Positions 21,600 to 32,195 are shown, counted from the first letter of the stretch. The stretch: DNA of 64,000 nt from a candidate division FCPU426 bacterium (GCA_963796105.1 CAWCKJ010000002.1:192001-256000), one strand, 5' to 3'. A program made the numbers and translations. The notes: generated by a model not told the origin, from the letters alone.

Positions 21600-24278
21600 A
21601 TGCGAAAAATCCTTTTGCTGCATTGCTTGATGTTGTTTTTATTTATCAGCGGGCCATCCGTGGCTGATGAGGATGACGGCGCCCCAGGCCTGGATGTGCC
21701 TGGTCAGGAGCAAAAACTCAACGCCGAATTGTGGCGGTTCGCCAAGAATACCAGCTATGAGGCCCTTCAAAAGGACCTGAAAGAAACCCAGGAGGAATCC
21801 AAAAAGAACATACCCGCAGAAGTACGGCTTCCCACAGGCTGGCGATTCACCCCAGCCGGAAACCAATTGGAGGCCGGCCGGTATCCCCTGGTCATTACCC
21901 CCTTCGCCGGAAACCTGGTGGTTTTGAACAACGGCTATTACGTGGAAACCAACCCGGAAGTTTCGGTCGTCAGCGGGGACGGATCACAGGTGCTGAAGAC
22001 CTTCACGGTTCCTTCCCTTTTTCCATCGGCCAAGGTCGGACCGGACGGAATTCTTTACATCAGCGGCGGATATGACCAGACCATCCGAGGTTACAACGAT
22101 AAATTCGAGGAGGTAAGGGATTTTACGGTCAACGGCTATAGCGCGGGCCTCGCCCCTGTGGGGAAGTCCCTCTTGGCCGTGGCTTATATGCTTATCGACA
22201 ACAACAAGGGAGGCTATAAAAGCCAGGGCCGATTGGCTCTGATCAACACCCAAACCGGGGAATTGAAGGATGAGTTGGACTGCGGAAGGATGCCTTACGC
22301 CCTCGAATACCAGGATGGAAAACTTTTCGCGAGCCTTCTTCAGGACGACAAGGTTGCGGTTTACTCTGCGCCGGGAAACCGGTTAAAACTATTGAGGAGC
22401 CTCCCGGTCGGGAAGAATCCCACCGCCTTCGCGGCCGACCCGAAGCGCCACCGCTTGTACGTGATAAACCAGAACTCGGATGAGATCAGCGTCCTGGACA
22501 CCCTGAAGGGCAAGAAAACAGCGACCTGGAACCTGCGCCAGGGGGGCTTCAAGTTTGGCGTCGCACCCACCTCGGGCTATGTCCTGGAAAACAGGCTTTT
22601 CGTGACCTTGTCCCGCTACAACGCTCTTGCAGTTTTGAATCTTAAAGACGGTCACGTAGAGGGTTTCATTCCCACAGGCTGGTATCCCACCTGCGTGACC
22701 GGATACGGTCAAAACCTTTATACCCTTAGCGCCAAAGGCATCCATGAGCGCCGTCCCAATGCCGCGGGCCCCCAGCCGACTAAGAAACGCGAGGAGCCGG
22801 GATATGTGCTGACTCTTTTAAAAGGCTCCGTAGGAACCATCCCACTTCCCGATCTTAACGGCAAACTCGGGGACTGGACCCAGGCGGTCACCCAAAGCTC
22901 CCCGATTTATAATCCGGCCCAGGGGTTTAACTTACCCATTAAATATATTTTCTACATCGTGAAAGAAAACCGGACTTATGACCAGGTCTTAGGCGACCTT
23001 GGCAAGGGAAACGGGGACAAGGACCTGACCATCTTTGGTAAAGAAGTCACTCCCAACCACCACCAGATGGCGGAGGAATTCGTTGATTTGGACAACTTTT
23101 TCGTGGACGGCGAGATCAGTGTACTCGGCCACAGCTACACTACCAGCGCCTATGCCAGCCCTTTCCTGGAATGGCTTGGCATGAACGATTACGCCGGGCG
23201 CCTCGGCGCCAAGGACGCCACCAACCCGCGCAAGAACGAGGATTTCTGGCCTTTTGGGACAGTGCCTTTCACATTTTCCCCTTCCTACATATGGGATTCA
23301 CTCGACTCCCGTAAGGTGGATTACCGTATTTATGGGGAGGACTATTATGTTTTTTGCAAACCCTACAAGATCATCGCGGACAAATTCGGGGAAGAGAATG
23401 AGTTGACCCGCAAGTGCTACGACCAGCTTATGGCCATTTCCAAGGACAAAAAAAGGGACTATGCCTTCAACCAATTGGTTTATCCATATCTGGGCCATAA
23501 TGACAGCCCCGAGAAAGCCGCTGAGCTTTTGGACAATCCCGATTTTCTCTCCAAATTCTCGGAATTTTATTCCGGGGGCCAGGAATTGGCAGTGGCCGTT
23601 GGGAAAGACCCGGGGTTCAAGGCTCAATGGGCTGATTTCCTCTACCATTACGCCTTTGATTTCGCGGGTTGGGACCTTAGCTATTCGGACTTGGGAAGGG
23701 TGGCCTGTTGGCAAAGGGATTTCCAGCGCCAATTGGACGGCCAAAGAGTCTTTCCCCTTCAATATATATGGCTCCCCAACGACCATACTGCGGGAATGGA
23801 TCCCAAGTCCTTGAATCCGAACCAGTTCCTGGCCCAAAACGATGCGGCGGTGGGGATCATTTTGGACACTATCTCCAAAAGCCCCGTTTGGAAGGACAGT
23901 TTGGTTTTCTGCATCGAGGATGACTCCCAGAACGGCCCGGACCACGTGGACGCCATGCGCTCTATCGCCTTCGCTGTGGGACCCAACGTGAAAAGGCAGT
24001 CCGTGGTGAGCGATCTTTACGACCAATTGGGTATGCTGAGGACGATGGAATTGATTTTGGGCTTGGAGCCCATGAACATGAACGACGGAATGGCCGCACC
24101 TATGTTTTCCATCTTCACGGACACACCGGACCTGAGTCCCTACAACCTGCCCCCGCCCTCACGCTACCTGACGGAGAAGGACCGGGAGATTTACGAATAC
24201 CTGCTCAAGCCGGTCAAGGCCAGGCCCTCAAAGGCGCCCACGGGATCAGAAGGTTACAACCCCACGACCGTCCGCTAA
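21600..24278 (+). CDS. Secreted YncE beta-propeller / alkaline-phosphatase-superfamily phosphoesterase
   Basis: Signal peptide; LPTGW, GWYPT propeller blades; YIVKENRTYDQVLGD, LPNDHT, EDDSQNGPDHVD. Confidence 0.88.
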   Translation: MRKILLLHCLMLFLFISGPSVADEDDGAPGLDVPGQEQKLNAELWRFAKNTSYEALQKDLKETQEESKKNIPAEVRLPTGWRFTPAGNQLEAGRYPLVITPFAGNLVVLNNGYYVETNPEVSVVSGDGSQVLKTFTVPSLFPSAKVGPDGILYISGGYDQTIRGYNDKFEEVRDFTVNGYSAGLAPVGKSLLAVAYMLIDNNKGGYKSQGRLALINTQTGELKDELDCGRMPYALEYQDGKLFASLLQDDKVAVYSAPGNRLKLLRSLPVGKNPTAFAADPKRHRLYVINQNSDEISVLDTLKGKKTATWNLRQGGFKFGVAPTSGYVLENRLFVTLSRYNALAVLNLKDGHVEGFIPTGWYPTCVTGYGQNLYTLSAKGIHERRPNAAGPQPTKKREEPGYVLTLLKGSVGTIPLPDLNGKLGDWTQAVTQSSPIYNPAQGFNLPIKYIFYIVKENRTYDQVLGDLGKGNGDKDLTIFGKEVTPNHHQMAEEFVDLDNFFVDGEISVLGHSYTTSAYASPFLEWLGMNDYAGRLGAKDATNPRKNEDFWPFGTVPFTFSPSYIWDSLDSRKVDYRIYGEDYYVFCKPYKIIADKFGEENELTRKCYDQLMAISKDKKRDYAFNQLVYPYLGHNDSPEKAAELLDNPDFLSKFSEFYSGGQELAVAVGKDPGFKAQWADFLYHYAFDFAGWDLSYSDLGRVACWQRDFQRQLDGQRVFPLQYIWLPNDHTAGMDPKSLNPNQFLAQNDAAVGIILDTISKSPVWKDSLVFCIEDDSQNGPDHVDAMRSIAFAVGPNVKRQSVVSDLYDQLGMLRTMELILGLEPMNMNDGMAAPMFSIFTDTPDLSPYNLPPPSRYLTEKDREIYEYLLKPVKARPSKAPTGSEGYNPTTVR

Positions 24279-24309
24279 ATTAAGCTTTGCGCTTAAGACG
24301 GAGCCTGGT

Positions 24310-24702
24310 TTAAACCAGGGCCAATTCCACCCGCGTTTCCCCCTTAGAAAGCAGATCCAGGAGCTTTTTTCGGACGGTTTCACCTTGGCAAGGTTTGACG
24401 AAAGCGAAACCCGCCCCGAAGGTAAAACTGTTTTCAATGGGTTTGAGGGTAGCCATCCGGATCAGTGAGATGATCGGTATTGAATTTTTCGGGTATTTCC
24501 TGCGGACTTGATCCAGGAAAATCGAGGCGTGTAAACCATCTGCCAAAGGGTCGAGCAGTAGCGCGTCGGGCTTGAACAAACTGAACAGTTCCCAGGCTTT
24601 GTCTCCCCTGCTGCAAATCAAGACATTGAATTCCTTGGATAAAGCATCGCTCAACTTTCTCAGGTGGGCGACATCCGAATCAATCAGCATAATTTTTTTC
24701 AT
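24310..24702 (-). CDS. Stand-alone receiver-domain protein (atypical)
   Basis: KIMLIDSD, PDALLLD, FVKP; acidic pocket and Thr/Ser switch look degenerate. Confidence 0.7.
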   Translation of the reverse strand: MKKIMLIDSDVAHLRKLSDALSKEFNVLICSRGDKAWELFSLFKPDALLLDPLADGLHASIFLDQVRRKYPKNSIPIISLIRMATLKPIENSFTFGAGFAFVKPCQGETVRKKLLDLLSKGETRVELALV

Positions 24703-24799
24703 TTTATCCTCCCCGTTCTTTGACGTTGAAAGGATAGGCAATGGAGGAAAGATTCGTTTAAAAGTCTGGTTAATTGGAGGTTAAATCATTTGAATAACA

Positions 24800-25735
24800 T
24801 TAAGCCGTCATGGTGCCTTCCGAGGAAAGATCCACCTCGTTTTCCAATTGTACCCGGGCCAATTCCAGGCGTTTCCTCCGTTCGGCAGTGAGTTTGGGGT
24901 ACTCCAGTCCCAGTGAGCATATGGTCCCGGTGAGAATGTCCGCTACCAGGGAGCGGGAAGCCCATTTGTGGTTGGAAGGGATGATGTGCCAGGGGGCCCA
25001 CTCGGTGGAGGTGGCGGCAAGGGCGTCCTCGTAGGCTCTCATATATTCGTCCCAATAGGCCCGCTCGGGCAGGTCGGAATCGGAAAATTTCCAATGCTTG
25101 GCTGGGTTGTTCAACCGATCCAGGAGCCGGCGGCGTTGCTCATCCTTGGAAATGTGCAGGTAAAACTTAAGGATGATGATGCCGTTGCGGGTCAGGTGCT
25201 TCTCGAAATGGTTGATGTCGCTGTAACGGTGTTTCCAAAGATTCTCGGTTTTCACCCCCGGTGGCAGTTTCTGGTTATCCAGGTGCTCCGGGTGGACCTT
25301 CACCACTAGGACGTCCTCGTAATAGGATCGGTTGAAGATGCCGATGCGCCCCCTCTGGGGCAGGTTCTTCATGTAGCGCCAAAGAAAATTGTGGTCCAGT
25401 TCGTCGGGGGTGGGTTTCTTGAAGTTGTGCACCATGCAGGCCTGGGGATTCAAACCCGACATCACGTGCCGGATGATTCCGTCCTTGCCCGCGGCGTCCA
25501 TGGCCTGCAAAATCACCAGGATGCCATAAGTGTCGGATGCCCATAAAAGGTTCTGGGCTTCCGCCAGGTTATCCAGGTTCCGTTTGAGGATCTTATGGGC
25601 GATTTTTCTTACCCTTTCCTCTCCAAACCGGTCCAAAAGGTCCTTGTGGGACGCCCAGCCAGGGTCGAGATCCTTTAGGTAAACCCGGCTTCCCGGTTTC
25701 ACGACGAATTTATTGACGAAGCTTTTTTGCATCAT
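24800..25735 (-). CDS. ppk2: Polyphosphate kinase 2 family (polyP:nucleotide phosphotransferase, class III-like)
   Basis: QAMDAAGKDG, FNRSYYEDVL, KHWKF..SD; real start set at MMQK (25735), not 26158. Confidence 0.93.
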   Translation of the reverse strand: MMQKSFVNKFVVKPGSRVYLKDLDPGWASHKDLLDRFGEERVRKIAHKILKRNLDNLAEAQNLLWASDTYGILVILQAMDAAGKDGIIRHVMSGLNPQACMVHNFKKPTPDELDHNFLWRYMKNLPQRGRIGIFNRSYYEDVLVVKVHPEHLDNQKLPPGVKTENLWKHRYSDINHFEKHLTRNGIIILKFYLHISKDEQRRRLLDRLNNPAKHWKFSDSDLPERAYWDEYMRAYEDALAATSTEWAPWHIIPSNHKWASRSLVADILTGTICSLGLEYPKLTAERRKRLELARVQLENEVDLSSEGTMTA

Positions 25736-25866
25736 GAGAGAATCCCTTGGAATGAAGTCGGAACCATTATCTGGAAAAGAGAGGGTCCGAAAAGGCTGGA
25801 TTGAATTGTTTACGCAAAAGTAACAAGGTTTAAAAACCGTGATACTGCTGTAGGAAGGCCCTGAAT

Positions 25867-26268
25867 TTAAAGGCTTGAAATGATCATTCCCGCCAACAGC
25901 ATCAAAACGGCCGCGAGGGCGTCTTTCCAAGGTGTCGGGGATTTTGTTTTTTGGTGTAACAGGTAATTGGCCCAAAACAAGCCGGTACAGAATAAAACAC
26001 AGATCAACGGGATCGTATATTTCAAGAGAGCATTCGGCGCTTGGCCGGTCAGAACTGGATAAAACAGCAATAGCATAGCTACCACTAGGAATCCCAAACC
26101 GGAAACTCTCATCAGGGCCAGGAGGACCGCCTGTAGGGAAGAATCTATTCGATCCCAAGACATTCCGGCGGCCTTTTCGTGGAAAGGGATAAGCTTATTT
26201 GAGAATAGGCATTTATAGGCCATGACCAGGGATAAAACGCCAACTAGCAGGTACATAACATTGGGCAT
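25867..26268 (-). CDS. Small four-helix membrane protein, unknown function
   Basis: Hydrophobic segments; PFHEKAAGMSW and TKSPTPWK loops; start uncertain. Confidence 0.65.
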   Translation of the reverse strand: MPNVMYLLVGVLSLVMAYKCLFSNKLIPFHEKAAGMSWDRIDSSLQAVLLALMRVSGLGFLVVAMLLLFYPVLTGQAPNALLKYTIPLICVLFCTGLFWANYLLHQKTKSPTPWKDALAAVLMLLAGMIISSL

Positions 26269-26479
26269 TAGATTTACAACTTCTCTCACGCACGGCTCCT
26301 GAATAAAGCTGGATTCGGATCTCCACAACAGATTGAGAAAGCGGATATTCCTTAACGATTTATGCATTGTAACAAAAAGGGAACCATCCATAAGTCCCAA
26401 CCCTATAATGCCAATGTTTCAAATCAAATAAGTTCCTATGTGTTATGATTTTCCGTTCAAGATTCTATCGAGGTAAACA

Positions 26480-29400
26480 TTGAACTTATCCGAACTTTCC
26501 ATCAAGCGGCCTGTCTTCGCCTGGATGCTCATGGCGGGGCTCATCATCTTCGGGGCCATCTCCTTCTCGCGAATGGGGATCAGCCAGCTTCCGGACGTGG
26601 ACTACCCGGTCATTTCGGTGAATATCCGCCTGGAGGGGGCCGCCCCGGAGGTGATCGAGACCTCCATCGTGGACATCGTCGAGGACGCGGTCATGGGCAT
26701 CCAAAGCGTGCGCAATGTTACCTCCGAGTCCGAGGACAGCGAAGGAACCGTCACCATCGAGTTCGAGCTCAACCGCAATATCGACCTGGCGGTGCAGGAC
26801 GTCCAGGCCAAGGTCGATTCGATCCTCCAGAAACTTCCCAAGGAAATAACATCCCCCACCATCCGCAAATCCAACCCCGAGGATCAGCCCATCCTGTCGC
26901 TGACCCTCTCCAGCGATAAATACCAGCTCAAGGACCTCATGCTTTACGTGAACGACCGCCTGAAGGACCAGTTCTCCATGGTCTCCGGAGTGGGGGACAT
27001 CACCCTGGGCGGCTACCGGGACCCCAACCTACGCGTCTGGGTGGATGGCAAGGCCCTCGGCCGCTATGAGCTTACCGTCAACGACGTCATCTATACGATC
27101 CAGAACGAGCACTTGGAATCCCCCTCTGGCCAACTTGAGGAGGGAAAACAGCAATTGAACGTGCGCACCATGGGCGAGGCAAAAACCGTCGGGGAATTCA
27201 GCGACCTGCTCATCAACCAGCGCGGGGGCCAGCCCAACTACATCCCCATCCATTTGAGCCGGGTGGCCCGGGTGGAGGAGGGAATGGCGGACGTCCTGAG
27301 CCTAAGCCGCGCCGTCGGCGTCCCCTGCGTCACGCTGAACATCCTCAAGCAGAGGGGATCCAACGCGGTTTCGGTGGCGAAGGCCGTCCGGGCCAAGGCC
27401 GTGGAGATCCAGAAGGGCCTGCCGGGGGGCATGAAGCTGGCGGTCAACTTCGACGCCACCCGCTATACCGAAAGCGCGGTTCGGGAACTGGACTTTACCC
27501 TGGTGCTATCGGCCCTCTTGACCGCCTTAGTGTGCTGGATGTTCCTGGGGAGCTGGTCCTCCACCCTGAATGTGATCCTGGCGATACCCACGTCCATCGT
27601 CGGCGCCTTCACCGTGCTTTATTTCGCCGGCTTCACCTTGAACACTTTCACCCTGCTGGGATTGAGCCTCTCCATCGGAATCGTGGTGGATGACGCCATC
27701 ATGGTGCTGGAGAACATCATCCGACACCAGGAGATGGGGAAGGACCGTTTCCGGGCGGCCCTGGACGGGTCCCGCGAGATCACCTTCGCGGCCATGGCCG
27801 CCACGGTCTCCATCGTGGCCATCTTCCTTCCGGTCGCCTTCATGAGCGGAATTATCGGGAAATTTTTCTTCCAGTTCGGGGTGACCATCACGGTGGCGGT
27901 GGCGCTTTCCCTCCTGGAGGCCCTCACCCTGACCCCCATGCGCTGTTCCCAGTTCGTGGACATCAACCCCCGGGATACGCGCCTCGGCAAAATGATGGAA
28001 AACCTGTTTGATAAAACGGCTGTGTTGTATGAAAAGACCCTGGGAACGGCCCTGGATCACCGCTGGAAAGTGATTCTCGCAGCGCTCATCCTCTTCGCCA
28101 TGAGCTGTTCGGCTTATTTGGTGTTGAACAAGGAATTCATCCCGCCCCAGGACCAGAGCCGGTTCAACATACGCCTCAAGACCCCGGTCGGCTCGGGCCT
28201 GTCCTATTCCAACCAGACCTTCAGCAAGGCCGAGCAGTTCCTGGCGTCCCGGAGCGAGGTGGACCGATACGTGATCCAGGTCGGGGGAGGAAGCCCCGGG
28301 GATTCCAACAGCGGCTCGATCCTGGTCACGATGAAGGACTCCGGCAAACGGGGCGTCGACCCGAAAATGGGCCACGAACTGCGCCAGCAGGAATTCATGG
28401 CCGTCTGCCGTAAGGAGCTCAAGAAGATCCCCGACCTCAGCGTGGTCATCCAGGACCTCTCGACCAAGGCCTTCACGGCCTCCCGGGGCTTCCCCATCGA
28501 GTTCACGATCCAGGGGCCCGAGTGGGACCCCTTGGCGGAATATTCCAAAAAGATCATGGCGGAGCTGGATAAGACGGGCCTTGTCACAGACTTGGACACC
28601 AATTACGCCCTGGGCCAGCCCGAGCTTCACGTGGTCCCGGACCACAAGAAGGCCTCCGAGCGGGGGGTGAGCATCGCCAGCATTTCCCAGACCGTGGAGG
28701 CCATGATCGGGGGCGTCCTAGTGGGCACCTATGAGAAGGGCGGACACCGCTACGACATCCGCTTGAAACTGGAGGAGAACAACCTGGACCCGCGCGCCAA
28801 GGTAAACGGCTTATACGTGCGCAACAACCGGGGGGAACTGGTCCCCCTGTCGTCCCTCGTCACCTTCGAGAATAAGCAGGGCATGGTGGCCATCTGGCGC
28901 AGCAACCGGGAAAGGTCCATCACGGTTTATGCCAACGTCAAGGCGGGGGAGTCCCAGCAGGGGGCGCTCCAGGCCGCCCAGGAGATTGCCAAGCGAATCC
29001 TGCCGCCTGAATACCACATCACCCTGACAGGCAGCTCCCAGACTTTCATCGAGTCCCTCAAGAGTCTCTTTTGGGTGCTGATCCTGGGCATCCTGGTGGC
29101 CTACATGGTGCTGGCCAGCCAGTTCAACAGCTTCATCGACCCGCTGTCGGTGCTCATGGCCCTGCCGTTCTCAATCTCCGGGGCGCTCCTAGCCCTATTG
29201 GCCACCCACCATTCTATCAATGTCTACAGTGTCATCGGGCTCATCCTTCTGATGGGGATCGTCAAGAAAAACTCGATATTGCTGGTGGATTTCACGAACC
29301 AGATTAGGGAAAAGGGGGAAGAGTCCCTTCGGAAAGCCCTCCTGACCGCTTGTCCCATCCGCCTTCGTCCCATCCTCATGACCTCGGTGGCCACGGTCGC

Positions 29401-29608
29401 GGGGGCCGTCCCAGCCGCCCTGGCTTTGGGTCCGGACTCGGAGACCCGCAACCCTATGGCGGTAGCGGTCATCGGCGGGGTGGTCTTCTCGACCCTGCTT
29501 ACGCTCTACGTGGTGCCGTGCTTTTACAGCGTGATGTCGCGATTCGAGAAAAAGAAGGCGCACGCCGCTCTCTTGGCGAGCGTCGAACCTGAAAAAGAAA
29601 AGATATGA
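26480..29608 (+). CDS. RND efflux permease (AcrB/AcrD/AcrF family)
   Basis: LSIKRPV, GIVVDDAIMVLENI, GIVKKNSILLVD, RLRPILMT; 1042 aa. Confidence 0.95.
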   Translation: MNLSELSIKRPVFAWMLMAGLIIFGAISFSRMGISQLPDVDYPVISVNIRLEGAAPEVIETSIVDIVEDAVMGIQSVRNVTSESEDSEGTVTIEFELNRNIDLAVQDVQAKVDSILQKLPKEITSPTIRKSNPEDQPILSLTLSSDKYQLKDLMLYVNDRLKDQFSMVSGVGDITLGGYRDPNLRVWVDGKALGRYELTVNDVIYTIQNEHLESPSGQLEEGKQQLNVRTMGEAKTVGEFSDLLINQRGGQPNYIPIHLSRVARVEEGMADVLSLSRAVGVPCVTLNILKQRGSNAVSVAKAVRAKAVEIQKGLPGGMKLAVNFDATRYTESAVRELDFTLVLSALLTALVCWMFLGSWSSTLNVILAIPTSIVGAFTVLYFAGFTLNTFTLLGLSLSIGIVVDDAIMVLENIIRHQEMGKDRFRAALDGSREITFAAMAATVSIVAIFLPVAFMSGIIGKFFFQFGVTITVAVALSLLEALTLTPMRCSQFVDINPRDTRLGKMMENLFDKTAVLYEKTLGTALDHRWKVILAALILFAMSCSAYLVLNKEFIPPQDQSRFNIRLKTPVGSGLSYSNQTFSKAEQFLASRSEVDRYVIQVGGGSPGDSNSGSILVTMKDSGKRGVDPKMGHELRQQEFMAVCRKELKKIPDLSVVIQDLSTKAFTASRGFPIEFTIQGPEWDPLAEYSKKIMAELDKTGLVTDLDTNYALGQPELHVVPDHKKASERGVSIASISQTVEAMIGGVLVGTYEKGGHRYDIRLKLEENNLDPRAKVNGLYVRNNRGELVPLSSLVTFENKQGMVAIWRSNRERSITVYANVKAGESQQGALQAAQEIAKRILPPEYHITLTGSSQTFIESLKSLFWVLILGILVAYMVLASQFNSFIDPLSVLMALPFSISGALLALLATHHSINVYSVIGLILLMGIVKKNSILLVDFTNQIREKGEESLRKALLTACPIRLRPILMTSVATVAGAVPAALALGPDSETRNPMAVAVIGGVVFSTLLTLYVVPCFYSVMSRFEKKKAHAALLASVEPEKEKI

Positions 29609-30408
29609 CCCAGTCCAGGTTTAATGACGAAAGCACCGCCAAAATTTACCAAGACTTGCTCCTGCCTTTGATTTTTGAGCCTTGGGGCCGCTTGCTCATC
29701 GGAAAGGCAGGCCTCAAGACGGGTGACCAAGTCTTGGATGTGGCCACGGGCCCCGGGACCTTGGCCCGCATGGCGGCGCAAACGCTTGGTCCAAAGGGCG
29801 GGGTGGTTGGAATTGATAATAGTCCCCAGATGCTGGCCCAGGCGAAAGCCGCACCTCCCGTCGTCAATGGCGCCAAGTTGGATTTCGTTGAAGCCTCGGC
29901 ACAATCCCTTCCTTTTCCTGATCAGCAATTCGATAAGGTCTTTTGCCAGCAAGGGATTCAGTTTTTTTCGGACCAGTTGGGCGTGCTCAAGGAAATGAAA
30001 AGGGTGCTGAAGCCAGGTGGTTGCTTGGCCCTGGCTCTTTGGAGTGACGGCAGGGCGATGTCCCTTTTTGCTGCGATTCATGAAGCCCTAGAGGCGGCTA
30101 TGCCGGACCAGCCAAGGAGACCGCCCCCGAATTGGCTGAATCCTTCCAATCTCCGGGATTTGTTTGTGGGCGCCGGTTTTGCGAATCCTATCATTACAGA
30201 AGAAACCTTGACCGTGGTTTTAGACCGTGGTTTTCCCCAGGCGTTGGAATGCGCGATTGGCACCACTTCGGGCCCGGCCATCCGGGCTTTGAGCAAGAGT
30301 GATCGTGCCAGCTTCGAGGAAAAACTCTTCAAAAACCTGTCGCCATGGCTCAAGGGTCAGGTTGTTTTCGCCCCAGCCAGGGCGCTGGTTGCTGTGGCGA
30401 TAAATTAA
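29605..30408 (+). CDS. Class I SAM-dependent methyltransferase (UbiE-like)
   Basis: VLDVATGPG, LPFPDQQFD, RVLKPGG. Confidence 0.88.
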   Translation: MTQSRFNDESTAKIYQDLLLPLIFEPWGRLLIGKAGLKTGDQVLDVATGPGTLARMAAQTLGPKGGVVGIDNSPQMLAQAKAAPPVVNGAKLDFVEASAQSLPFPDQQFDKVFCQQGIQFFSDQLGVLKEMKRVLKPGGCLALALWSDGRAMSLFAAIHEALEAAMPDQPRRPPPNWLNPSNLRDLFVGAGFANPIITEETLTVVLDRGFPQALECAIGTTSGPAIRALSKSDRASFEEKLFKNLSPWLKGQVVFAPARALVAVAIN

Positions 30409-30475
30409 TTCTGATCCGAAAACTTTCTCCCCCCTTTTTTGACCTGAAGGATTTTACAAAAATTTAACTTGATTA

Positions 30476-30493
30476 TATCGTATATATACGATA
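30476..30493. promoter_or_regulatory. Probable ArsR operator
   Basis: Perfect 18-bp palindrome TATCGTATATATACGATA ending 9 bp before the arsR start. Confidence 0.75.
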
Positions 30494-30502
30494 AAAGAGC
30501 AC

Positions 30503-30856
30503 ATGGCTTATTCCAAAGAAGATCAATTCCATCCGAAAGACGGGGACCTTGCGAAGTACGCCTCGGCTTTGAGTCATCCCGCCCGCATCGCCATCCTGAA
30601 AACCCTGGCCAAACAAAAGGAATGTGTTTGCGGGGAGATCGTGAAGGTTATGCCCCTGGCGCAATCCACGGTTTCCCAGCACCTCAAGGTGCTCCTGGAG
30701 GCCGGCCTCATCCAGGGCGAGGTGGACGGCCCCAAATCCTGCTACTGCCTGAATCCCAAGGCCATCGAGGAACTCTCCGATTTGTTTCACAAGCTCCTGG
30801 GGGAACTGCCGAAAACGAAAGGAAAAAACGATGGAAAAAGAAACAGCTGCTGCTGA
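30503..30856 (+). CDS. arsR: ArsR/SmtB transcriptional repressor
   Basis: ALSHPARIAIL, CVCGEI, QSTVSQHLK, C-terminal CC. Confidence 0.92.
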   Translation: MAYSKEDQFHPKDGDLAKYASALSHPARIAILKTLAKQKECVCGEIVKVMPLAQSTVSQHLKVLLEAGLIQGEVDGPKSCYCLNPKAIEELSDLFHKLLGELPKTKGKNDGKRNSCC

Positions 30857-31691
30857 GAAGATCAAATCGACCGTTCGGGAAAAATACGGGCAAATCGCCA
30901 AGTCCGCGGTGAAAACATCCTGTTGCGGCATGGAAAGCCCAAAGGAGCAAGAATCCTCATGCTGTTGCGGCGGCGAGAAAAAAGCGGAGGGGTTCTCCTA
31001 TAGTTTTATCGGGGAAGACTACGCGAAGCTTCCCGGATACCAGCCCGAGGCCGACTTGGGGTTGGGCTGCGGTTTGCCCACCCAATTGGCTCAAATTCGT
31101 GAAGGTGACACGGTGTTGGATTTAGGAAGCGGGGCGGGAAACGATGCCTTCGTGGCCCGCAGGGAAGTCGGCGAGAAAGGCCGGGTGATCGGCGTGGACA
31201 TGACTCCCGAGATGATCGAGCGCGCCAGGGAGAACAACCGCAAACTGGGTTTTAAAAACGTGGATTTTTATTTGGGAGAGATCGAGAAACTGCCGGTTGA
31301 GAGCGCGGAAGTGAATGTGGTGGTCAGCAACTGCGTGCTCAACCTGGTGCCGGACAAGGCCAAGGCTTTCCAAGAAATCTATCGTGTTCTCAAGCCTGGC
31401 GGCCATTTCAATGTCTCGGACATTGTCTTAAACGGCGATTTGCCCGGGAAAATCAAGTCGGAAGCCGAGCTGTATGTTGGCTGCGTGGCCGGCGCGGTCA
31501 AGCGGGAGGAGTACATGGGTTTCGTCCGGCAGGCCGGTTTCCAAAACGTCAAGATTTTGAAGGACCGTCCAGTGGAAGTTCCACGGGAAGTCCTGTTGAA
31601 ATACCTGACGGAAAACGAAGTCCGGGATTTGGAAAAATCCGGCATGGGAATATTCAGCGTGACGGTTTGGGGTGAGAAGCCTAAAGATTAA
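30831..31691 (+). CDS. arsM: Arsenite S-adenosylmethionine methyltransferase
   Basis: LGLGCGLP, VLDLGSGAG, SNCVLNL, GCVAGA; Cys-rich N-terminus. Confidence 0.93.
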   Translation: MEKETAAAEKIKSTVREKYGQIAKSAVKTSCCGMESPKEQESSCCCGGEKKAEGFSYSFIGEDYAKLPGYQPEADLGLGCGLPTQLAQIREGDTVLDLGSGAGNDAFVARREVGEKGRVIGVDMTPEMIERARENNRKLGFKNVDFYLGEIEKLPVESAEVNVVVSNCVLNLVPDKAKAFQEIYRVLKPGGHFNVSDIVLNGDLPGKIKSEAELYVGCVAGAVKREEYMGFVRQAGFQNVKILKDRPVEVPREVLLKYLTENEVRDLEKSGMGIFSVTVWGEKPKD

Positions 31692-31742
31692 AAGAAATCA
31701 GCACGATGTTGGCAGGGCCGTAAAAAATTTGGGAGGCGCCTA

Positions 31743-32183
31743 ATGGCACAGAAAGTCTTGATCTTATGCACCAAAAATTCATGCAGGTCCCAGATGGCCG
31801 AAGGGGTCCTGAGGCATTATGGCAAAGACAAGTTCATCGTGGAAAGCGCGGGCCTGGAGCCGTCGCACGTCAATAAAAACGCCATCAAGGTCATGAAAGA
31901 GATAGGCATTGATATCTCCAGCCATAAATCAAAAAATGTCGTGGATTTCCTGGGCCAGTATTTTGGATATATCATCACGGTATGCTCGGATGCGGATAAA
32001 AGATGCCCCATCTTTCCAGGTGTTTCACAACGATTCTATTGGCCTTTTAACGACCCTCCCCAAACCGAGGAGGAGTCGGAGGAAATCTTGAACGAGTTCC
32101 GGAAAGTCCGGGACGAGATCCACGTCAAATTCAAGCAGGTTGCGGAAAAGGGGTTTGATGTCGTCCCGCTTCACAGAAACTAA
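31743..32183 (+). CDS. arsC: Thioredoxin-type arsenate reductase (LMW-PTP fold)
   Basis: CTKNSCRSQMAE; resolving Cys pair VCSDADKRCP. Confidence 0.9.
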   Translation: MAQKVLILCTKNSCRSQMAEGVLRHYGKDKFIVESAGLEPSHVNKNAIKVMKEIGIDISSHKSKNVVDFLGQYFGYIITVCSDADKRCPIFPGVSQRFYWPFNDPPQTEEESEEILNEFRKVRDEIHVKFKQVAEKGFDVVPLHRN

Positions 32184-32195
32184 GAAAGGCATAAA

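Noticed and set aside
25736..26158. Long N-terminal extension of PPK2 in the ORF track
   Set aside because: Overlaps the upstream membrane-protein gene in another frame; PPK2-like sequence starts at MMQK.
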